NCBI GenBank assembly: GCA_036567985.1
Contig: DATCTK010000044.1
Location: 14,062 to 78,061 of the forward strand
Direction of reading: 5' to 3'
DNA from: Gammaproteobacteria bacterium
GTDB lineage: Bacteria > Pseudomonadota > Gammaproteobacteria > SZUA-229
Length of the DNA: 64,000 bases
The notes below the pieces were generated by a model, which saw only the letters and a list, made by a program, of their open reading frames with translations, was not told the origin of the DNA and made no database searches. The position numbers and the translations under genes are program-made. How positions within the stretch are numbered: position 1 is the first letter of the stretch; every line of letters begins with the position of its first letter. Below, piece after piece: positions 57,408-64,000 of the stretch.

Positions 57408-59968
57408 TCTTGCTCAGCCTTCTTCTGCATGGCCGCCAGCTGCATGCATTTACGCAGGTCGGATGCCATCTGTGCGCCGGTCTGGTAGCGTTTTTCCGGG
57501 TCCTTGGCCAGTGCACGGTTAATAATTACCGTGACGCAGCGTGGCAGTTCAGGGCGGATGGTATCCGGTTTGGGGTGGGGCTCATTGGCAATCTTAAACA
57601 TCAGTGTGGCCATGGACTCACCCTGGAACGGTAAGCGGCCGGTGACCAGCTGGAACATCATGACTCCCAGCGAGAACAGGTCGGAGCGGCCATCCACCTT
57701 TTTACCGGACAGCTGTTCCGGTGACATATAGGATGGGGTTCCCAGTACCATGCCGGTTTTGGTTTTGCTGGAGTCGGTGATGCGGGCGATGCCGAAGTCG
57801 GTAATTTTCAGGCCATCGGTTTCCGCTTCGTACATCACATTGGCCGGTTTGATATCACGGTGCACCACATTCTGCTGATGTGCATAGTGCAGGGCTTCAG
57901 CGGCGCGGCGGATGATATCCATCACCGTGATCACCGGCAGCAGATTGTCCGGTTTGCTGTAGCGCACCAGGTCATGGCCCTTGAGGTACTCCATGGCGAT
58001 ATAGGCCAGGTCGTGCTCTTCGCCGGCATCATAAATGGTGACGATATTGGGATGGCTTAAGCGGCCTGCGGTTTCCGCTTCGCGGAAAAAGCGTGCTTTC
58101 ACTTCCTGCAGTTCATCTTCCTCGAACTCCTGGGCCAGGGCCATGGTTTTAATCGCCACAATACGTGCGATTTTCGGGTCACGCCCCAGGTACACCGAGC
58201 CCATGGCGCCCTTGCCGATTTCTTTCTCAACCGCATAACGACCCAGCATAGGTTTCTCGAAACCTTTTTTATCCAGCCTGAGTCCGCGCGAGGAGGCAGA
58301 CGCACCGCCCAGAATCACACTGGCATCCATCGCCTCGGCACGGTAGCTGCGGTCTTTGGCATCGCGGAATTTCGGGTTGAGTTCGATAATCATCTGATAC
58401 ACCGAAACCGCTTTATTGAAGACGCGCTTGCGTTCGAAATCCAGTGCCAGGTTATACAGCAGCTCCAGTTTTTCACTGGATTTTGGCAGGCGACGGAATT
58501 TTTCAAATGCCGCATCCAGCTGGCCCTGACCCTGCAGGGATAAGCCCAGCATGCGATTGGTTTCTGCGGATTCCGCATCCAGTGCCAGCTTGCCTTTTTC
58601 GGTGACCAGGTAACGCTTTGAGGTTATCAGTATATGGCCGGCCACCAGCAACACCGCCGGGTTCATCAGCTGCAGCCACAGGCCGTGGCTAGTCATCAGT
58701 GTGTAATGGGTAACCAGCAGTGCGCTCAGTATGATCAGGCTGAGGGTGGTGGACAGACCGGCATTCATGCGTGGCAGCAGCAGGATAATGTACAGCGCAA
58801 TGCCCAGGGTGATACCAATAATCGCCTGGCGGCTCCATTGCGGCTGGATAAAAAAGTCTTCGTTAAGAATGCTAGAAACCGAATGCGCCAGTGTCAGCAC
58901 CGGGGCCATGCTGGAACTGATCGGTGTGATCATGCTGCTGCCGACACCCACTGCGGTGGCACCGATAAGTACGGTTTTGCCTTTGTATTTGCTGGCGGGA
59001 ATTTTACCGGCGAGCACGTCATAGAATGAATCCACCGGGAACACCGGGCCGTTACTGTTACTGTAGAAAAAGGTATTCATCAGCAGATTGGGGCTGGTTT
59101 TGATAGTCAGTCCACCCAGTTGCACACTTTCCCCAAGGTTAACCACTACATCATCCGGGCCAAGGTTCAGGCTGCGCATGGCAATCTGCAGTGACAGCGA
59201 CGGATACATCTGGTTGTAGTAATCCAGCACCAGTGGTTCGGAGCGAATACTGCCGTCGGCTTCACGGTAGGTGGACAATGCGCCAATGCTGTCGGCTTCA
59301 CGCCCCAGCAGTTCAATCGGGTAAAGAATTTCTGATACCGGTAACGGCATGGCATTATCGGGGTTGGTGGCGGGGTTGTTCTTTATATTCAGTAACTGGT
59401 TACGACTGACGTAATCTGGAAGCGAGGTGTCCGGGCGACCGATGGGTTTGTCGTTTTTCATCTGCATCGCGAGTATCACATTATCGCTGGCGCGCAGGCT
59501 GTTGGCCAGGGTCTGGTCGCTGTTCAGGTCTTTTTCCGCGGTTAGCAGGCGATTGCCCAGCTCGGCAATATCGGCGCTGATCGCCTGGTTCTTCTGGTTG
59601 AGCTGCAGCAGCTCGCTATTGGCATAAAATTGCAGCAGTTGCTGGATATGCATCAGCCCGGGGTCGAGTTGTGGCTCGACAAAAAACACGCTCTGTGCAA
59701 TGACTTTGGCACCGCCCTCGGTAAGTAGCTGTTGCATCTCGGCATGCACATTGCGCGACCAGGGCCAGCGACCGATATTGGCGATGCTCTCATCGTCAAT
59801 CGCAATCACCGCGATCTTGTCACTGGCGCTCTGTGTGGAAGCCTGCACCCCCAGGTCATACGCATTGCGCTCCAGGCTATCGAACAGGCCGGCTCTTCCC
59901 AGTGAAATCACCACAATGCATATGGCAAGACCGGTAACCCAGTCTTTTTTCCAGAATGCCTGCTTCAT
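57404..59968 (-). CDS. CHASE2 sensor domain, TPR and Ser/Thr protein kinase fusion
   Basis: 854 aa. N-terminal CHASE2 with TM helices. C-terminal Hanks kinase (GKGAMGSVY, HRDIKPAN, DFGIA, SPE). Confidence 0.85.
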   Translation of the reverse strand: MKQAFWKKDWVTGLAICIVVISLGRAGLFDSLERNAYDLGVQASTQSASDKIAVIAIDDESIANIGRWPWSRNVHAEMQQLLTEGGAKVIAQSVFFVEPQLDPGLMHIQQLLQFYANSELLQLNQKNQAISADIAELGNRLLTAEKDLNSDQTLANSLRASDNVILAMQMKNDKPIGRPDTSLPDYVSRNQLLNIKNNPATNPDNAMPLPVSEILYPIELLGREADSIGALSTYREADGSIRSEPLVLDYYNQMYPSLSLQIAMRSLNLGPDDVVVNLGESVQLGGLTIKTSPNLLMNTFFYSNSNGPVFPVDSFYDVLAGKIPASKYKGKTVLIGATAVGVGSSMITPISSSMAPVLTLAHSVSSILNEDFFIQPQWSRQAIIGITLGIALYIILLLPRMNAGLSTTLSLIILSALLVTHYTLMTSHGLWLQLMNPAVLLVAGHILITSKRYLVTEKGKLALDAESAETNRMLGLSLQGQGQLDAAFEKFRRLPKSSEKLELLYNLALDFERKRVFNKAVSVYQMIIELNPKFRDAKDRSYRAEAMDASVILGGASASSRGLRLDKKGFEKPMLGRYAVEKEIGKGAMGSVYLGRDPKIARIVAIKTMALAQEFEEDELQEVKARFFREAETAGRLSHPNIVTIYDAGEEHDLAYIAMEYLKGHDLVRYSKPDNLLPVITVMDIIRRAAEALHYAHQQNVVHRDIKPANVMYEAETDGLKITDFGIARITDSSKTKTGMVLGTPSYMSPEQLSGKKVDGRSDLFSLGVMMFQLVTGRLPFQGESMATLMFKIANEPHPKPDTIRPELPRCVTVIINRALAKDPEKRYQTGAQMASDLRKCMQLAAMQKKAEQE

Positions 59969-60277
59969 TAACCCCCCGATTGGTGCTCTTATTATGCCGC
60001 GCTCTACTATCAGATACGCAAATGAGTAGATAGAGCATAGACCGAAGCATCCACTCTCGCTAGCAGATACAGATTATTTTTTTAATAAAATCACAGTCTT
60101 GGGCTTTATTTCTGAATTTCTTTTGAATCATTATGGGAGGCAATCTGGTCTTTATCGGAGGCCAGGCTGGTTACGCTGCGTATGGGGTCGAGTCGTCCTG
60201 AGCCATTGCAGTCTAAAACGCGTAAAAAAAGCCACGCCATCACTGCCGCGGCTTTTTTTCAGGGCTAAGCGTTAAGC

Positions 60278-61216
60278 TTAACGTAAATGTACGTTGTTAC
60301 TTTGCTCAAGCAGCAGGCTGGAAACCTGCGCACCAATGCCACGGGAAAAGCGCTCGAGAAAATCCGGTTGTACGGTGAAATTAACGATGTTTTCTGCCTC
60401 GAATACCTCGCGTGCCACCATGCTGGAACTGCCCAGCTCATCCACCAGGCCCAGCTCTACGCTCTGGTCACCGGTCCAGATCAGGCCGCTGAACATGCCT
60501 TCAACTTCTCTCAGGCGTTCGCCACGACCCTGTTTTACCGCATTGATAAACTGGTGATGCACATTGCTGAGCAGGCCTTTCATATGCGCGGTGACATCAG
60601 GGTTTTCCGGCGCGAATGGATCAAGCAGCGCCTTGTTTTCACCGGCGGTGATGGTGCGTCTTTCTATGCCCAGGTTTTTCATCGCTTCAACAAAACCGAA
60701 ATTATCCATACGTACACCGATTGAGCCGACAATACTCGCCTGGTCTGCATAGATTTTTTCTGCGGCTGCGGCCACATAATAACCGCCGGAGGCACAGATG
60801 TCGGTGACCACCGCATATAAGGGTGTGTCCGGGTGTTTCTCGCGCAGGCGCAGTATTTCATCGTAGATATAACCGGACTGCACCGGGCTGCCACCGGGGC
60901 TGTTAATGCGCAGAATCACGCCGGCGGTTTTTTTATCTTCAAAAGCATTACGCAACGCAGTGATAATATTGTCTGCGCTGGCTTCTGCGTCGGGTGCAAT
61001 AATGCCATGCAGATCAACCAGTGCGGTGTGTTTGCCACTCTTTTGAATGTGTACATCCTGGCTGCTGGAATTGATAAAAATAAAAATAGCGATCAGGTAG
61101 GCGAAGGTGAGTAGTTTGAAAAAGATGCCCCAGCGACGGCTGCGTTTCTGTTCTTTAATGCCTTCAGTGGCGATGGATATCAGGACGTCTTTTTCCCAGT
61201 TGTTCGAGTCGCTCAT
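60278..61216 (-). CDS. sppA: Signal peptide peptidase SppA (S49 family, 36K type)
   Basis: Catalytic Ser region SGGYYVA and an N-terminal TM anchor. Confidence 0.85.
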   Translation of the reverse strand: MSDSNNWEKDVLISIATEGIKEQKRSRRWGIFFKLLTFAYLIAIFIFINSSSQDVHIQKSGKHTALVDLHGIIAPDAEASADNIITALRNAFEDKKTAGVILRINSPGGSPVQSGYIYDEILRLREKHPDTPLYAVVTDICASGGYYVAAAAEKIYADQASIVGSIGVRMDNFGFVEAMKNLGIERRTITAGENKALLDPFAPENPDVTAHMKGLLSNVHHQFINAVKQGRGERLREVEGMFSGLIWTGDQSVELGLVDELGSSSMVAREVFEAENIVNFTVQPDFLERFSRGIGAQVSSLLLEQSNNVHLR

Positions 61217-61285
61217 AAATGCTTCCGCTGTGTTGGTTTATGGACTTGCTTTATTATTGTAGCAGTGTGTTGTCGGGCATGCTTT

Positions 61286-61969
61286 TCAGCACACCCGTTG
61301 CTGGCTAAACTGTTTGAGAAAATCATCGAGCTGATTGATGTCATCCAGACAGCCTATGGGCTGGTGCTTGTGCAGGCGTTCAACCGGGTGTACGCCATAG
61401 CTGACACCGAGTCGATCCATCTGTGCGTTTCTGGCCATTTCCATATCGTATTCGGTATCACCGATCATCAGCGCCTCACGTGCATCCAGCCCGGTTTGTC
61501 GCAGGATTTCTTCCAGCATCAGTGGGTGCGGTTTGGAGAAGGTTTCCGATGCGCAGCGGGTGCAGTGAAAGCGATCCGTGAGGCCGGTGAGTTGCAGCAC
61601 CTGGTCCAGTCCCTCGCGACCCTTGCCGGTGGCTACCGCCAGCCAGTAGCCCTGTTGCTCGAGACGCTGCAGCAGGTCTTCGACCCCGTGAAACAGCCTG
61701 GAAGTCGTCTGGTTGACCTGCATATACTGGTAACGGTAGGCGTCCGCCATGGCCTGTAGCTGTGTGTTGGTGCAGTTCGGGTGTAGCTGGCGCAGGGCTT
61801 CATTGAGCCCCAGGCCAATCACGTCCTTGAGTTCATCAGTGCTGCGATTCGCTGGACCAAGTACCGAGTCACTGGCAATGCGCAGGCAGTCGACGATGCG
61901 TGCTACCGAATCCATCAGGGTGCCGTCCCAGTCGAAAATTAACAGCTGATAGGGGCGTTGGTCACTCAT
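61286..61969 (-). CDS. HAD-superfamily hydrolase (phosphoglycolate phosphatase-like, subfamily IA)
   Basis: Motif I is FDWDGTL. Motif IV is GDTEYD. Confidence 0.75.
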   Translation of the reverse strand: MSDQRPYQLLIFDWDGTLMDSVARIVDCLRIASDSVLGPANRSTDELKDVIGLGLNEALRQLHPNCTNTQLQAMADAYRYQYMQVNQTTSRLFHGVEDLLQRLEQQGYWLAVATGKGREGLDQVLQLTGLTDRFHCTRCASETFSKPHPLMLEEILRQTGLDAREALMIGDTEYDMEMARNAQMDRLGVSYGVHPVERLHKHQPIGCLDDINQLDDFLKQFSQQRVC

Positions 61970-62014
61970 TGTTTTTTACGTGTTGGGATGAAAATGTTTC
62001 ACAGGATGCTGTGT

Positions 62015-63331
62015 TCAGCTGGTTAGCCACTGGTTGATCTGCACCACATCATCTTCAGATAAAATCCCCGCTGCCTGTTTTAAACGTAAAATATTTAAAA
62101 TATAGTCATAGCGTGAGCGTGCATAGTCACGTTCTGCGCGGAACTGTTCGCGCAGTACCGAAAGCACTTCCACCGCAGTACGGGTGCCTACCTCGAAACC
62201 GGCCTGGCTGGCTTCGTAGGCGGTCTGTGTTGATACCAGTGCCTGATTGAAAGCTTTTACCTGGGCAATCGATGCGCTGATTCCCAGGTAACTGTCCCGT
62301 GCCGATTTTACCGCGTTGCGCAGCTCACGTTCATGTAACGAGCGGGCGCGTTCTTTCTGCGCCACCGCCTGACGGGTTTTTGCACTGGTCAAACCGCCGG
62401 AATAAATGGGTATATTCAGGTTAAGCATCAGGCGCGTATCTTCAGTGTCGATCGTCGTGGTATCGGTGTCGGTGCTGCTGTCATCGCGAGACAGGTTAAG
62501 ATGCAGTGAAGGGTAGTGCCCCGAGCGGTCGATGCCAATCTGTGTCTGCGCGATCTCCAGGGCATACTGTGCCGATTTAAGCGCCAGGTTATTTTCTTTT
62601 GAGGTGGCTACCCACTTATCGATATCCGCAGGCTCGGGCACCAGCAGTGGTAACTCACTGTCGAGCTGGTCGAGTTTCTGCGGGTAGCTGCCAATAATGG
62701 TGCGTAGGGTTTCGCGGCTGGTGTGTACCTGGTTCTGTGCCTGGATTTCCGCGGCAACCGACAGGTCGTATTGCGCCTGTGATTCCTTTACATCGGTGAT
62801 GGCAATCAGGCCCACTTCAAAACGCTGGCGGGTTTGTTCGAGTTGTTCGCCTATGGCTTTCTTCTCGGCCGTGGCAAAGGCCAGGGTGTCTTCGGCTGAC
62901 AGAACATTGAAATAGGCTTCGGCCACGCGCACGATCAGCGCCTGTTGCTGTGCAGAATAATTGGTGGCCGCGGCGGCAATTGACAGGTCGGTTTGTTCCA
63001 GTTGCAAATGCAGCCCGTGATTATAAATAGACTGGCTGAGTGACAGGGTGTAACCGGTAGTCTCGTAATCCCCGGTCGTTGTAGTCATCAGTGAGGCACC
63101 ATCCCGTTCGGTGCGTGAGCCGAAAATATCCAGGTCAATATTGGGCAGCAGTGATGAGCGGGACTGCGAGCGGGTTTGCAGTGTGGACTGATAATCATAC
63201 TGTGCCGCAAGTATATCCGGGTCGTTTTCCACTGCCAGCTGATAGGACTCGAGGAAATCTAGTGCATACGCCGGTGTGGTGGCAAGGGAAACTAACAGGC
63301 TGAGGGAGATGGTTCTGAATGTCTTTTGCAT
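62015..63331 (-). CDS. tolC: TolC-family outer-membrane efflux protein
   Basis: 438 aa with a signal peptide and two tandem repeated halves typical of TolC. Confidence 0.85.
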   Translation of the reverse strand: MQKTFRTISLSLLVSLATTPAYALDFLESYQLAVENDPDILAAQYDYQSTLQTRSQSRSSLLPNIDLDIFGSRTERDGASLMTTTTGDYETTGYTLSLSQSIYNHGLHLQLEQTDLSIAAAATNYSAQQQALIVRVAEAYFNVLSAEDTLAFATAEKKAIGEQLEQTRQRFEVGLIAITDVKESQAQYDLSVAAEIQAQNQVHTSRETLRTIIGSYPQKLDQLDSELPLLVPEPADIDKWVATSKENNLALKSAQYALEIAQTQIGIDRSGHYPSLHLNLSRDDSSTDTDTTTIDTEDTRLMLNLNIPIYSGGLTSAKTRQAVAQKERARSLHERELRNAVKSARDSYLGISASIAQVKAFNQALVSTQTAYEASQAGFEVGTRTAVEVLSVLREQFRAERDYARSRYDYILNILRLKQAAGILSEDDVVQINQWLTS

Positions 63332-63390
63332 GGTCTCATCTAATCTGTTTGGCCAGTGTTGGATACTGCATTCTAACTGATTGTAAACGG

Positions 63391-64000
63391 CTAAAACCAG
63401 TCATTCAGCATAATGCCGAAACTGAGCCGCTGGTTGCGGTGGTTATAATCAATCAGTGATTCGCCGTAGCCACTGACATACTGTACATAGGCGCGGAATT
63501 TACGGTTAATTGAAAAACTGTAACCGATTTCATAAAACGCGCGCAGTTCGCCGCCGCTGACCGTGCCTCTTAGCAGGGTGGATAACTGGTGATCCTGCTT
63601 TTTCTGCCCAATTCTTAAATCGAAGTGCCCCAGATAATCCTGAATATCCGGGTTGTCATCGTCACCGGACAGTTCCGGCAGGCGATACCAGGGACGCAAT
63701 TCAAGCACCCAGTGATCGTAGGTTAGTACGCTGCTCACGAACAGGCGGTTCCAGCTGCGCGACAGAGGTTCAGATTGTCCATTTGACTGATGGTTCAGTC
63801 CTACGGATAAATGGGTCAGCTTCACTTCACCGAAACCGCGGTTAATGAGAAAGGACCAGATAATTTCCGGTTCATGGTTGGTTTCCCGAAACGGCGAGGA
63901 ATTGTCGCGGTTATACAGCTGCCACAGGGAGAGCTGGGTATAGGCAAACCAGAGCTGGCTATTTTTAATGAGAAAATTATTGATAATGGGTACGCGGAAA
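63391..64000 (-). CDS. pldA: Outer-membrane phospholipase A (OMPLA). The 5' end extends beyond the window edge.
   Basis: Colinear with E. coli PldA, including SSPFRETNHEPE, the catalytic HQSNG (H/S) and YVSGYGESLIDYN. The frame stays open upstream of the listed Met to position 64000. Confidence 0.85.
   Translation of the reverse strand, partial: FRVPIINNFLIKNSQLWFAYTQLSLWQLYNRDNSSPFRETNHEPEIIWSFLINRGFGEVKLTHLSVGLNHQSNGQSEPLSRSWNRLFVSSVLTYDHWVLELRPWYRLPELSGDDDNPDIQDYLGHFDLRIGQKKQDHQLSTLLRGTVSGGELRAFYEIGYSFSINRKFRAYVQYVSGYGESLIDYNHRNQRLSFGIMLNDWF

Noticed and set aside
1-64000. CRISPR array or cas operon that could accompany the Cas6e-like gene
   Set aside because: No short direct-repeat/spacer periodicity was found in any intergenic region, and no Cas1/2/3/5/7/8-like ORFs. 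The Cas6e-like protein is therefore called an orphan.

Overview
This window looks like part of a gammaproteobacterial sulfur-oxidiser chromosome of roughly 50% GC. The calls below are made by eye from the six-frame translations. Its centre is a complete reverse-type dissimilatory sulfite reductase locus, dsrABEFHCMKLJOPNR, on the minus strand (7973-21029). It is followed co-directionally by a GAF-type sensor kinase, a LuxR-family response regulator and a rhodanese, and is flanked by a type-I sulfide:quinone oxidoreductase (sqr). Upstream of dsrA, the stretch from about 21.7 to 34.9 kb is not core sulfur metabolism and may be an accessory block. It contains a TauD-like dioxygenase translationally coupled to a 63-aa ORF and a stand-alone Cas6e-like RAMP protein with no CRISPR array or other cas genes. 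It also holds a DsrC/TusE paralog lacking both catalytic cysteines, two further Fe(II)/2OG oxygenases, a GNAT acetyltransferase and several hypothetical proteins. Further on is a Sel1/MoxR-AAA+/vWA-HExxH-metallopeptidase/2-hypothetical cluster in which two genes are each preceded by a nearly identical structured leader element of about 100 bp. The rest of the window is mostly housekeeping or signalling genes. These include a lipoprotein binding protein with a hybrid PAS kinase and a REC-EAL regulator, ispG, an M18 aminopeptidase, a DUF3015/DUF4105 pair, a sigma-54 activator, a periplasmic LigE ligase, an FHA/PP2C/CHASE2 Ser-Thr kinase module, sppA, tolC and a partial pldA. The main non-coding observations are a hairpin-rich MITE-like element in two inverted copies 49 kb apart (one carrying a ~70-bp insertion), a decayed cbbQ/norQ-family AAA+ pseudogene beside the second copy, and a recurring CTAWWGGGATAWR motif that includes a perfect hairpin in the dsrA divergent promoter region. 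No tRNA, rRNA, transposase or CRISPR array was seen.
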